Source: Eledone cirrhosa (taxonomy: Eukaryota). From it: a DNA stretch of 64,000 bases. A program made the translations under genes and the position numbers. How positions within the stretch are numbered: the first letter of the stretch is position 1; each line of letters begins with the position of its first letter. A model generated the notes under the pieces. The model did no database searches, had not been told where the DNA came from, and saw only the letters and a program-made list of their open reading frames with translations. Positions 39,980-52,849 of the stretch are shown one piece after another. Location of the stretch: the NCBI GenBank assembly GCA_964016885.1, contig OZ024741.1:129456001-129520000 (forward strand), in the 5' to 3' direction.

Positions 39980-40399
39980 AAGAATGAGAAATAAGATAGA
40001 ATGAGGGGACGGGCGGAATGGAATTGGAAAAATTGTCTTGCAAAACTGTTGGTGCTGGCGTTTTGTGTATGATTTATTTGTTAGTAAGTGGATGATGGAG
40101 CGCGTCTACCTGAAATGGAAAAAAAAAAACGTTTTGTAAAAAGAACTATACTTGTGCACGTGCGTAAGCGCGCGTGTGTGTGTGTTATTATAGGTCCGTA
40201 TGAAGCTAAGAAGAAATGTGTGTGTATATGTGAGTAAAAGAGTGTGTGAGCATGTAAGTACGAAGCTATGAGCAAAAGGATGTGTATGTGTGTATACAGA
40301 GCAGTGAAGGGAAAAGTGGAGTGAGCATATATAGTAGCCCGATCTTCTGTAGCTCATATTTGCTGGTCTTTATTTTCAGTGTGTATCAGGTTTAGAATA

Positions 40400-41545
40400 G
40401 GTACACTATCCCTGCATGTGGTCTGTTGACAGCGATTTCTTGGTCAGTTATCACAGGCATATCCCACAAGATGGATATGTTGCCCTTTTCCATGACTGTT
40501 TTTTTATCAGAAGTTTGGATGTCATGAAAGCATCCAGTGAACATATTTGGCAATGCGGTTGTGTCTTTCTATATAATCGGTTTTTGCCAGCTCTGGACGC
40601 CCGGAAATAACATGATCTACCATTTCTTCATGTTTGTAGCATATTCTGCATAGAGGGCTAGTCGCATCAATCACTATTCTGTGTCTATAGGTCCGAATGT
40701 CTAGAGTTTTGTCTTGTGCAGCAACTAAGAGTCCCCCAGTCTCTGCTTTCAAACCAGCACTTCTGAGCTAGGATAGTGAGCCATGCTGATCGATATCATT
40801 GTTAGAACGTCGTTCTGGGAATCTACCATGTAGTGATTTTGCCTTCCATTCACGGTTTAGTTCCTCTGTTTGGAGTTTCTTTGCCTTGATTTTCAGTCTT
40901 AGCTAGCTGTACATCACTCTGTTATTGATTTTCTATGGGTGTGTCTTGTTCCATGTTCAATTTTTGCCGAAATTTCCTCGCCTCTTTTGTTATTGAATGT
41001 AGTTTTTTAATCCGTTCATGCTTGAGTACAGGCTTAAGAAGTTCATCTTGGGTGTGGTGGAGGTAGCTACCCAATACACTGGTTGTTGTTTTGTATGCAG
41101 CTTCCAGTTGTAGGATCCCCGCTCACCTTCTCACCTTGAGATATACAGCTTATTTACATCGGCTTTAGGGTGGTCATTTTTTTCAGTTGTCAGTAGTTTT
41201 CTGGTCTTATTATCCATTACTTTATAGTTCTTGTAGGTTCCAGTTTACGATGTTAAAGCTGTATGTTATCACTGGTACTGCTAGACTATTAATGGCTTTG
41301 AACTTGTTGCAGGAGTTTAGCTCACTTTTTGTTACCAGTCTCACTCTCCTTATGTACTCCTCCCATATCTTTTCCTTTCATACTTGCATGTTCGATTCCA
41401 TCTCCTTCATTAACTTAAAGATATTTGTAGAACTCTTCATTGTTAAGTTCCTTTATGGTGTTTTTTTTCGTCTATGACAATATCTTAATGGTTAGGGAGC
41501 CACCCTCTCTTGACTGTGGCTTTTGCACACTTGTCCAGTCCAAAT
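40400..41545 (-). pseudogene. R4/Dong-like (RLE) non-LTR retrotransposon fragment
   Basis: GLDKCAK and YKYL RT-end motifs; ETGGLLVAAQD...CRIC...ERHNRIAKYVHW zinc region. Confidence 0.8.
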
Positions 41546-41574
41546 TAATATTAATATTGTTATTATTATAAAGA

Positions 41575-42027
41575 CGGTGGATTGGCAAATCAGAAATCAT
41601 TATTATTACAATGACGGTGGTGGATTAGCAGTATCGGTAGAGGGTCGGACGCCATGCTTTGATGCATAGAGTTACGGCCCTTTCCAATCTGAGTTCAAAT
41701 CCCGCCGAAGTTAACTTTGCCTTTCATCCTTACGGAGTCGATAAAATAAAGTACCAGTAATACATTGTAATAATTGCTGGCCTTGTGCCAAAAGTAGAAA
41801 CAATTATTACGATGACCGTGGATTGGCAGTATCCGTACGCCATGCTTTTCAGCATGGGTCGGACGCCATGCTTTCTAGCATAGAGTTACGTCCCTTTATG
41901 ATCTGAGTTCAAATCCCGCCGAGGTTAACTTTGCCTTTCATCCTTACGGGGTCGATAAAATAAAGTACCAGTAATACACTGTAATAATTGCTGGCCTTGT
42001 GCCAAAAGTAAAAACAATTATTATTAC
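41575..42027 (+). mobile_element. Head-to-tail SINE array
   Basis: Two near-identical full SINEs plus a stub, each ending in GAAA(C/T)(A/C)ATTATT or a close variant. Confidence 0.88.
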
Positions 42028-42413
42028 AATGAATCATTTTGCAGATCTATAACCAATGACTGTATAGAAATATAAATTTCTCAATCTTTCTTTGTCCTAC
42101 ATCCCAACATTCTACACTGACCGAATAATGTCATCCCTCTAAATTATACTGAAGAAGCTGTATTATTGATGTTGCTACGCTTCCCTGCCACTTGTGTTGG
42201 TTTCGTTGTTCGTCTTTTTATTTATGGTTATAAAGGAGTGCGTTTATGGTGGCATCTAGGTAAGTGGGATTAGTTTGTTAGTTCAATAGATACTAGATCG
42301 ATCTGAACAGGTAATAAATAATGTACATGTAACGCCCAGGTGTGTAAGTATAAATATGTATATGAGTGATAAAATGAATACTTGTGCACACAGAAACACA
42401 CCCCCACTCCCCG

Positions 42414-42499
<86 letters not shown>

Positions 42500-42593
42500 G
42501 AAAAAGTGGAGAATAACATGGTCAACAGTACAAAAAAAGGGGATTTATATTCACAATCTCTAATTGGATTACCTATAACGATTTTTTGTTATC

Positions 42594-42651
<58 letters not shown>

Positions 42652-42859
42652 GTGTGATAAAATACCATGTGGACCATAACTAGAGTACTCGATACATGGG
42701 GTAGTAGAGTGGGTAATACACACACACACACACACATGTATATACATATATACATATATATATATATGTGTGTGTGTGTGTATGTGCAGAAGTATACATA
42801 TATATTACATATATATACTATACATACATACATGTATATATATATGTATATTACATATA

Positions 42860-42912
<53 letters not shown>

Positions 42913-43029
42913 TCATATATACATATATATATATATATAATGGAAAAGTTTGAACAGGGACAAAACAGAGAGGCAGTACAACGAATGTTTATTAATTTCA
43001 CGCTCTGGAGAGTGGGGTGTTGGTGGGGG

Positions 43030-43061
43030 ACGACGTTTCGGGCATAATCCCTTCCTCAGGT
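43030..43061 (-). ncRNA. Minimal type I hammerhead motif
   Basis: AC-CTGAGGA-A-GGG-ATTATG-CCC-GAAA-CG-TC-GT; stem I is short. Confidence 0.65.
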
Positions 43062-43350
43062 GAGAAGTGTGTGGGAACAGAGTTCAAAGGGTGTGTAGGG
43101 GAGTGGTGGAGAGACATATAGCGAAAGGAAACGGTGCGAATGAAAAAAATAAAAATAAAAATAAAAATAAAAATAAAGCATGATCAAAATACAAGGAATG
43201 AAATAAATTTAAATATAAAAGCATGATCAAGATAAACTGAAATTAAAAGGGGGGTAAAACAGGTGGTGGAAGGGTGTGGGTGTGTAGGGGTGGTGGCGGG
43301 TGGAGTGGGGAGAGGGAGACGGGGTGTCCGAGCGGGGAGGGCTGAAGGTG

Positions 43351-43435
<85 letters not shown>

Positions 43436-44629
43436 CATATATTTATATTTACACTTATAAGCTTTGTGTTAACATTATTTAGTGTATGTTTCTGTGATAT
43501 CCTTTAACATAAATTGTGTGCATCCGGAGGATCTGAATACAACTATTTATACAATAGCGCAGTGTAGAGGTGGTACTCAGCAGAGTCGGAAGGGTGAGTG
43601 TAGTGATGAAGAGTGTGGAGGGGTCATGAGTGGGGTGCACTGGGGTAGAGAGACTAGCTACTAGGGTGTGATAGTGAGAATATCTAAGGGCTTTAGTTGG
43701 GGGTAGTAGCTAAGAAGTGATACTGGAGGAGGCAAGGATGGGGTGGGTATGGTGCTGTGTAGTGATGGAAATTATAGCTAATAAGCAGTGCTAGTGGAAA
43801 AGGGGACACGAGGGTAAGTAAGGACACAGTCTATGCTGTTGGCCGGGTCTTCACCAGCTCAGCATAGCGCCAGCCTTTACAGTTCTTTGTTATCTCTGTT
43901 ATCGTTAGTTTCTTAAGATCGATTTTCTTCCTGGGTTTGCTTCTTTTACGGGTCCCAGTCACTGAGATTTCTCTTCATTTTTTCATTCAGCTGGTATTGT
44001 CCATTCGTATCACATGTCCATACCAACGCAGTCTTCTCACTTGCTCACTGCAACCACTTTCTCGTGTACAAAGTTTTTCTTTCAGTTTGCTTATGTTATT
44101 TCATTCATGAACACTAATAAAGTACCAGTAATACACTGGGATAATTGCTGTCCTTGTGCCAAAAGTAGAAACATGAACACTAATATTACAGATTCATCGG
44201 AGAATAACTCGCGTCGTTATTTCCTACTCCTCGCAAAGCTTCTGCGGTCAAGGATCATGTTTTACTGTCTAACTTTTACTGTTTAACTTTCACTTTGAAG
44301 GAGAAGGCCTTTGTTGTCATAAGAGGTAACAGTTCTTTAAACGTCTTCCAGCCTGTTCATATCCCGGCTATCACACTTTCAGAGCATCTTTATTGATTAC
44401 TAATTAGATCGCCTTTGTAACAAAAGCCGTCAACAAGTTCCAAGGAGTTTCCTTAGTAATTGGAGGAATATATATAAATATATATATATTCCATTTATGT
44501 TTGATGGTTAAACTAATGGGTAGATCTGGTCATTCCAATTAGCATACTATGATGCAATTAGCAAAAGCATTCAAAGTTATATGTTTCATCCATTGTTGAT
44601 GTGGTATCTCATGTCTGGTGCACGATTTA

Positions 44630-44668
44630 CACCTAATGACGTCATGATCTGATGAAATACGTATTGTG
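44630..44668 (+). ncRNA. Degenerate minimal hammerhead motif (G5>A)
   Basis: CAC-CTAATGA-C-GTCA-TGATC-TGAT-GAAA-TACGTA-TT-GTG. Confidence 0.5.
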
Positions 44669-44978
44669 ATTTTTGCAACAATAAAGGAATATATGGAACC
44701 CAGCCCTCTCTAAATGTGTTAAATTATACCCACGGTTTGGTAAACGTTTGTCCAGTTGCGTTTACTTACTAAGGTGCGGTGGACTCCTTCGAGAAGGCTC
44801 CACATGCTGTCCCATTGCACGTCATGCCTTGCTCAAGCATTGCAGACTTCCCTCTGACATAAGTGGTGACATCTGTCCTGCTGACTCATGCCACTTTATT
44901 AAAGTACAAAAGCACCAAGCCAATTTTCTCCACGTGGTAGGAGAAGCATACCTAATACTAATTGCATCAGAGCATTCG

Positions 44979-45570
44979 GTTTATATTCTTTACATATTGT
45001 CCAGGCATGCAGTTTTCCCACGATTAGGTCTGTTGGCGGCCCGCGTTATGTTTCAGGGAGTGTTATGCACATAAAAACTTCAACTTTTTGATCTCGCATT
45101 AGGTGAAAAACTGCATTTTTTTCAGTTTTTTAGGGGTATTTTGAGGCGTTACGTCAGACCGATTTCCTTGAAATTATAACTATGTATTAGTCAGTCTCTT
45201 CTTCATACCGTGAGCAAAGAAAATCCAACTTTTTTATGGCCTAGGGCCCGCATTAGGTGAAAAACTTCATTTATTCAGCTTTTTAGGGCTTCTTTTAGGC
45301 GTTACGTCTAGCCGATTTTCCGAAATTTCAAGGCATATTATGCACATAAAAATAATTCATTTTCTTGATCCCTTAGGGTCCGCATTAGGTGAAAACCTGC
45401 ATTTTTCCTGCTTCATCGAGGAAAATCTTAAAGATTATCCAGCCATCAGAATATTCTGTTTATTTTCTTTACATATTGTCCAGGCATGCAGTTTTTACAC
45501 GATTAGGTCTGTTGGCGGCCCGCGTTCCAAAATATCTTAATCCGGGCAATGCCGGGTACCACTGCTAATA
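44979..45570 (+). mobile_element. Non-autonomous Helitron/Helentron-like element with internal repeats
   Basis: ~70-bp direct repeat at 44979 and 45458; CGCATTAGGTGAAAA occurs three times. 3' hairpin-like CCGGGCAATGCCGGG is followed by a CTAA/CTRR-like end. Related sequence lies at 34360-34520. Confidence 0.55.
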
Positions 45571-45823
45571 CATAATAAATATACAACCCCACAACCTAGC
45601 GACTGAGGACAACATAAGTACATACAAGAACAAATCTCTGTGTGTGTGGCGGGGGTGAGTGTTTCGTGTGTGTACGTGTGCGTTATATTTAAAAGGGTGT
45701 GGTCCTGTTCAAAAGACAGACAGAATTGCAATAATGCAAGCCACAGACAAGATAAACATAATAGGTGGCTACTGTAAGGTGGGGAATAGAGATAGCTGTT
45801 AGAGTGTTCAAGGTATTACTTCA

Positions 45824-46640
45824 ATGATGGTGGTGGTGTTGGTGTTGTTGTTGGTGGTGGTGGTGGTGGTGGTGGTGTTGGTGGTGGTGGTGGTGGTGGT
45901 GGTGGTGGTCTTGGTGTTGGTGGTGGTGGTGGTCTTGGTGTTGTTGTTGGTAGTGGTGGTGGTGTTGGTGGTGGTGGTGGTGGTGTTGGTGGTGTTGGTG
46001 GTGGTGGTGGTGTTGTTGGTGGTGGTGGTGGTGTTGTTGGTGGTGGTGGTGGTGGTGTTGGTGGTGTTGGTGGTGTTGTTGGTGGTGGTGGTGTTGGTGG
46101 TGGTGGTGTTGGTGGTGGTGTTGTTGGTGGTGGTGTTGGTGTTGTTGGTGGTGGTGGTGGTGGTGTTGGTGGTGTTGGTGGTGGTGGTGGTGGTAGTCTT
46201 GGTGTTGGTGGTGGTGGTGGTCTTGGTGTTGTTGTTGGTAGTGGTGGTGGTGTTGGTGGTGGTGGTGTTGGTGGTGGTGGTGTTGGTGGTGGTGGTGTTG
46301 GTGGTGGTGGTGTTGGTGTTGTTGGTGGTGGTGGTGTTGGTGGTGATGGTGTTGGTGGTGGTGGTGGTGGTGGTGGTGTTGGTGTTGGTGTTGGTGGTGG
46401 TGGTGGTGTTGGTGGTGGTGGTGTTGGTGTTGGTGTTGTTGGTGTTGTTGTTGGTGGTGGTGGTGGTGGTGGTGTTGGTGGTGTTGGTGGTGGTGTTGGT
46501 GTTGTTGGTGGTGGTGTTGTTGTTGTTGTTGTTGGTGGTGGTGGTGTTGGTGGTGGTCTTGGTGTTGTTGGTGTTGTTGTTGGTGGTGGTGGTGGTAGTG
46601 GCGGTGGTGGTGTTGGTGGTGGTGTTGGTGTTGTTGGTGG

Positions 46641-46671
<31 letters not shown>

Positions 46672-47026
46672 GGTGATGGTGGTGGTGGTGGTGGTGTTGG
46701 TGGTGTTGGTGGTGGTGGTGTTGGTGGTGGTGTTGGTGGTGGTGGTGGTGTTGGTGGTGGTGGTGGTGGTGATGGTGTTGGTGTTGGTGTTGGTGGTGAT
46801 GGTGATGGTGGTGTTGGTGGTCGTGGTGGTCGTGTTGGTGGTGGTGTTGGTGGTGTTGGTGGGGTGGTGGTGTTGGTGGTGGTAGTGGTGGTGGTGGTGG
46901 TGGTGGTGGTGGTGATGGTGTTGGTGGTGGTGTTGGTGGTGGTAGTGGTGGTGTTGGTGGTGGTGATGGCTATGTTGGTGGTGTTGGTTTTGTTGGTGGT
47001 GTTGGTGTTAGTGGTGGTGATGTTGG

Positions 47027-47057
<31 letters not shown>

Positions 47058-47147
47058 GGTGGTGTTAGTGGTGGTGGTGGTGTTGCTGTTGTTGTTAGTG
47101 GTGTTGTTGTTGGTGGTGGTGGTTGTTGTAGTGGTGGTGTTGATATT

Positions 47148-47178
<31 letters not shown>

Positions 47179-47495
47179 GTGTTGGTGGTGGTGTTGATGC
47201 TGGTGGTGTTGGCGTTGGTGTTGATGTTGGAGGAGGAAGTGGTGTTGGTGGTGGTGGTGGTGGTGTTGGTGGTAGAGGTATTGGTGATGGTGTTGTTGTT
47301 GTTTTTGGGTGTAGTGGTTGTGGTGATGGTGTACGTGGTGGTGGTGTCGGTTGTGATAATGGAGGAGGTGTTGGTGTTGGTGGTGGTGATAGTGGTGAAG
47401 GCGGTGGTGGTAGTGGTGGTAGTGGTGCGGAGGCGTTGGTGGTAGAGGTACTGGTGATGGTGATAGTGATGTTGTTGCTGGTGGTGGTGGTGGAC
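45824..47495. repeat. 1.7-kb (GGT/GTT)n cryptic trinucleotide repeat
   Basis: Direct reading; open frames on both strands follow from the base composition. Confidence 0.9.
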
Positions 47496-47577
47496 AGAAC
47501 CCCCCCCCCCCTTCACACACACACATACATAGATTACAAAAAATAGAATAACAAATCACTAGTGGCAGACGAAACAT

Positions 47578-47647
<70 letters not shown>

Positions 47648-47742
47648 ACAAAAATATGGTGGGGCAACAAGACACAAAGACATACATACACAGACATACA
47701 CACATGCCAAACACAGAAGCTTGTAGAAGTAGCAGCACGCAG

Positions 47743-47822
<80 letters not shown>

Positions 47823-47919
47823 GCGTTGTACGGTAGCATTGCAGAGCCCACTGTTGTATTTTAGGGGCCAATGCTTAGCTTTCAAAAAGAACATGAAGTC
47901 TAAGAGAAAGAAAGTTTAT

Positions 47920-48405
47920 GGAACACCCAAATGATTTAGAAGTCGACCTTAAGTAGGAGCAATAACATTAAGAAAAACATAAACGACACCACATCATTTT
48001 GGTTTGAAAAATTTTGAAAGTAGGTTTATAAGTATGAATTTTCATAGGATTTTCGTAGTTGTCTTTGTGGCCTAGTGGTAGGCACAAAAGACGGTGACGA
48101 TATTGGTTTTGGGTTCAATCCTGGTCGAGAGGTACATGCCTTTTTCGATTTTTATTTTACATGCCATAGAAAAAACTGAAAAGGTTTACCAGGAGCCTTA
48201 CTCCCGACCAGGATCGAACTTCAGAGCAGGATCACCACCGTTTATGATTCCTCCAACTAGGCCATCGAGACAGCTACAAAAGTATACTGAAAATTAATAA
48301 TTGTAAACCTACTTTCAAAATCAAAGTTTAAAAGATGTGGTGTCGTTCATGGTTTTCCTAGAGCTATTAGTCATATTTAGGATCGACTTGTCAATCATCT
48401 GGCTC
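47920..48405. repeat. Diverged ~490-bp palindrome containing two convergent tRNA-like heads
   Basis: Outer arms ACGACACCACATC...TTTTGAAAGTAGGTTTA are matched by their reverse complement. Inner arms carry box A TGGCCTAGT(T)GG and box B GTTC(A/G)ATCC. Confidence 0.7.
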
Positions 48406-48577
48406 TTTGGTAATAACCCTATTATTCCTATGTGTGTTTCACTGTTGAATTAATTTAATTTGATTATTTTAACAACCAAACAAATTATATATATATATAT
48501 ATAACCCATGTAACCCATGTGCAACCACGCAGTTTTCCTCTTTCTTCCCATGTTTTATATATATATATATATATATA

Positions 48578-48732
48578 CAGTGGCGGACTGGCCAGGTTTC
48601 CAGGTTGACCAATGGTATGTGGACCCCAGAGGATCCACTGTAGTATCTTAGGGGCCAACGCTAGCATTCTATATGTAGGTGGGCCCCCTTCATTTCCTGG
48701 CAACCAATATTTTTAGACCCAGTCCGCCACTG
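48578..48732. mobile_element. 155-bp MITE (hAT-like termini)
   Basis: 14-bp perfect TIR CAGTGGCGGACTGG / CCAGTCCGCCACTG. Confidence 0.75.
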
Positions 48733-49078
48733 CATACATACATGATGGCTGCAAACTCTGCTAAGAGTATTGCAATCGCTTGTCAGATTACAGAAAATGG
48801 TGCACTTTTAGGCTACGGCCAGCCACACGAACCTGTAACATATCCTGAACAAGCAATGCCTGTGTTTCGAAGGATTTTTTTAAGTGGGGAAAGGTCTTGC
48901 ACTCGACCAATCCCGCTCTTTGAACCTCGAAAACACTACCCGAAAAGGAGAATCGGTCAACATAATCAGATGCTTCCGAAGCCGCAGGTTCTTTTTTTTT
49001 TCAGAGTTTCCTTCTCCTAGAAAGGTGTTGTGACAACTGGAGGCATTTTACTCCTAGCTGAAAGAAAGTACTAAGTGG

Positions 49079-49483
49079 GTGGTCGTTGACTCTGGGAAAT
49101 GCCTTACCAAAAACATAGTCTACGACTGTAAGGTCTCCACTCCTGATAGAACCTTTAGGTATGTGGGGGCAACTGCCACGGAATTTAATGATAGATGGTA
49201 TAATCACCGCCATACCTTTAATAGATTAGATAAAAAAAATAGCACACCACTTTCTGAATTAGTCTGGAAGCTTAAACATCAGAATATAGAGCACTCCTTA
49301 TCCTGGTCCATAGTTTGCTCAGCCCTACCTTATAACGGCAGCACTTGCGTCTGCAATTTATGTATAACTGAAACTTTTAATATTATTAGAGGCGGCCCCC
49401 TATTAATTAATAGGAGAGCAGATTTTTTCAGCAACTGCCAACATAGAACCTCGAAAACCTTCCGCAGGATTTTTGGAAGGTAA
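49079..49483 (+). pseudogene. Penelope-like GIY-YIG endonuclease domain (5'-truncated ORF end)
   Basis: GKCLTKNIVYDCKV...RYVGAT...RWYNHRHTF...LSELVWKLK...CNLCITE...CQH. Confidence 0.88.
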
Positions 49484-50970
49484 CCTACCACTAATTCCTC
49501 CCTCTCTACTTTAGCCATAGAGTTCTCTCAATAAACAGACAGTCACACACTCAGGTAGTTAGACGGCTAAGATTGTTTGCGCACTTACAAACGATACTCG
49601 GCCTGTTTCCGCGGAGTTCTCACAGCTGAGTGCACTTTTTTTAGAATACCTAGCTAGTAAATAGTTAGATTGGTTACACACTTAGTATACCTAGTTAGTA
49701 ATTGATTGCACACTCAGACATGACCGATTACGCGCATCTACCTTTACTTTAAGATACCCTAACCATTGAGTTCTCTATATAGATATAGGATATAGCTAGT
49801 CGTATTACACACTTAGTTAGGACCGATTACGCTCTATATACATAACTCTATACACAGTACCCGTTTCCTTTAGACATTGAGCTCCCACAATTACAACTGT
49901 CACGTTCCTACCGACTGAACACTACACTAGGTTATGATCCGTGATCATCTAACCATGGAGGACTCACTGTTACGGATTGAACAATAATACTGACACACTA
50001 TTAATGGGCCTACACACATCATTTGGATTTTACTATCCTGTGTTTTTATTTCTTTTTTTTCTCTTCATCTTCTGTGTTGGATAACACACCTCCACCACTC
50101 AAACAACTATCTTAAAAGCTCATTGGCCCATATGACGGGAAATCGCACTTACGCACGCATTTACCCAATACCCAACCCTACACGGAGCCCTTTGCTGGCC
50201 TACATTGCGGTTGCTTGCACGCACGGATTTGGTGACTCGGATTCTCAATGGGACAGCGGTACATACTGAGTTCGATATGAGCTGATTGCTTGCTCTTCAC
50301 ATGGATGTGTATATACCCGGACATACCCTTTTTTGGACGTTTCGGATGTGTATATACCATAACATACACTTGAAGATATGGATGTTACAATTCAATCTAT
50401 ACACGTATAGCAGAACACTGAACTGAACTGAACTTACGCGCGTGTGTGTGTGTGTGTATGTATGGGGCGTTGGTTAACCCAATATTTCCAATTTACATCG
50501 TCAAATTGAGATTTGACCAATATAGCTTCTGTTGTTTTGTGAACTAACTTTCGGTGAGTGCTGTGTTGGTACATTCTTATATTTGTTTTCTTATATTTTT
50601 TTTTCTAGGACATCGCTTCGGTGTGTGTGAGAATGTGTGTGTACCCACCCACACTAAATCTACAGGTTTAATACTGTGTTCATGTGTGTATATATATGTA
50701 TATATTTTTCTTTGATCTCGAGCCGGTGTATGTGGGTGTGGAATGTGTGTGTACCCACTCACATTAACTGTGACTGACTGTATCCCTACAGATTTGATTG
50801 ATGTCCAGCGTCTTTTGCAGCGATAGAAATCTGAAAACTTTTATGACCTCAACTGAGGTTAATAGCAGTCGCCGTGTCTCTGACTGACTGGTGTGTCTTC
50901 ATATGAGGGAATGAATTCTGTGAGAGAACATCGTTATTTTTCTCCCTCATATCGAGAATTTGAAGACAAT

Positions 50971-51058
50971 TCATTTTCACCTGATGAGATCAGTGATAAT
51001 CGATCATGGCTTCACAATCGATCTATCTCTTATTGAAACATGTGTCGTGATTAAATGA
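50971..51058 (+). ncRNA. Type I hammerhead motif at the 3' end of the PLE
   Basis: TCAC-CTGATGA-(long imperfect stem II with ATCGAT/ATCGAT)-GAAA-CATGTG-TC-GTGA; stem I extends via TCATTT/AAATGA. Confidence 0.78.
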
Positions 51059-51091
51059 TTGGAACTTTACCTTCCCTTCGGATTTTCATTT

Positions 51092-51123
<32 letters not shown>

Positions 51124-51128
<5 letters not shown>

Positions 51129-51794
51129 TAGTATATTTACCAACATATGCGTACAGATGTACACTAATGCTAGCAAATACATAAGTTATGTCATAGTACC
51201 TAGGTGGTTCAATGCAGGAGGATGCAGAACAATTATATGAAAGACGTAAAATAAGAAAATTTAAAAAATTAAAAATTAACTTACTTACTAAAATTTTCAC
51301 TCCAACTAATTAGTTTCTGTAATGGGATAAAGATAGTTACGCAATGTAACCAGCGAGAATTCATTACGTCATCAGGGAGTCTATTCTCAGCTAAGTCTCC
51401 AGGCAATGCGCGGACACTAGGGACTCATATAAAAATGATAATAATTCGGTGGATGGAACAGCTAGCGGGGACTGAATTCCAAAGCACTGAAAAAGTTCAC
51501 TGTCTCTAGTCAAATGGCAGATTCTAAAGAATCAATCACGTGACACTGAGGCTAGTCGGAAGGAGTGGGGTGGTAAAATGACAAAAGCCTACTACCACTA
51601 CAATGAGTTAGTAGTGGATTTGGCAGGTTTGCTCAAAAATAAATAATTTGGAGATAAATATAGAGAATTAGTATATTTACCAACATATGCGTACAGATGT
51701 ACACTAATGCTAGCAAATACATAAGTTATGTCATAGTACCTAGGTGGTTCAATGCAGGAGGATGCAGAACAATTATATGAAAGACGTAAAATAA
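51124..51794 (-). mobile_element. Small hammerhead-bearing element with 131-bp identical direct repeats (540-bp period)
   Basis: 51124-51254 equals 51664-51794; flanked by (TA)n. Confidence 0.8.
51299..51380 (-). ncRNA. Type I hammerhead motif with extended stem II
   Basis: ACTCC-CTGATGA-C-GTAATG...CATTAC-A-GAAA-CTAATTAG-TT-GGAGT. Confidence 0.8.
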
Positions 51795-52580
51795 CTATAT
51801 ATATATATACTAGCAGAATGGCTCGACGTTGTTTGGGCTTCTAAACATAGATTGGCATGTTTATCCCTCCTTTCTGAAACAGTACAGAGAAATGTACGGA
51901 ATACCTCGGCCTGGGGATGATGTCTACATTTTGTGCTTATAAAGAAAATTCGTCGTAGATTACCATGGGATTAACTTAATTGGGTGCCTGAGAGTAAAAT
52001 GTTCAACCCACGAAAGCTAAGACGATAGGGTTAAGCAAAAAGGCATTCGACAAACCGAACATGTATTTGTTGTGCTATGTTATAATGAAAGTTACAGAGC
52101 AGTAACCATGTGGGACTGCAGTGGTGGAGAACATGAAGGAATTTAGTTGGATACTTTTAAGGTTACAAAAATCCACCCAATCTGATATAGACCGAACTGT
52201 TATATCAGATGCCGAAGGCTTCGGAGTTACTATTAGGGTCACCATCAACAATTTCAAGGGATGTAGGTTTAAGTAGAGATAATATAGTCTATATAGAGAG
52301 GTAACTCTTTCAAAATACTAAAGAGTTGTCTCTCTTGAACATTGTAGACAAAATTGCTGAACAGACCAAAAAGTGCTTAAAGTTTTAGTGAAAAAAAACG
52401 CCTTTAACAACAGAAAATTGAAAAATAAAAGATGCAGTTAATATCTTTAGACCGCAAGGAATATATAAATGCAAGTTTGAAGTCAAATGGAGTAGAAATG
52501 TGGATTTGTATAGACTTTCCAAAATTAGGACACACACGCACACACAGACAACTTCAGTTTTATATATATGTATAGATATA

Positions 52581-52697
<117 letters not shown>

Positions 52698-52849
52698 CGA
52701 GCGTGTGTGTGTGTGTATAGGTATATATATGACACAAGACCACTACAATAAAGGTACTCTTGACCAAGAGGAATCGGAAATTTTAAAGTCGAAATGAACC
52801 TGGTAATTGACATGAGCAAGGATGAGTCGTTTGACGGAGATAGCGGCGA

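Noticed and set aside
45816-47522. 568-aa Pro/Thr-rich ORF resembling extensin or mucin
   Set aside because: It is a trinucleotide repeat open in several frames on both strands, with no signal peptide or splice context.
49483-50970. SECIS element as in selenoprotein-encoding Naiad PLEs
   Set aside because: The endonuclease here is C-terminal, the visible ORF has no in-frame TGA and I could not identify a convincing SECIS fold.
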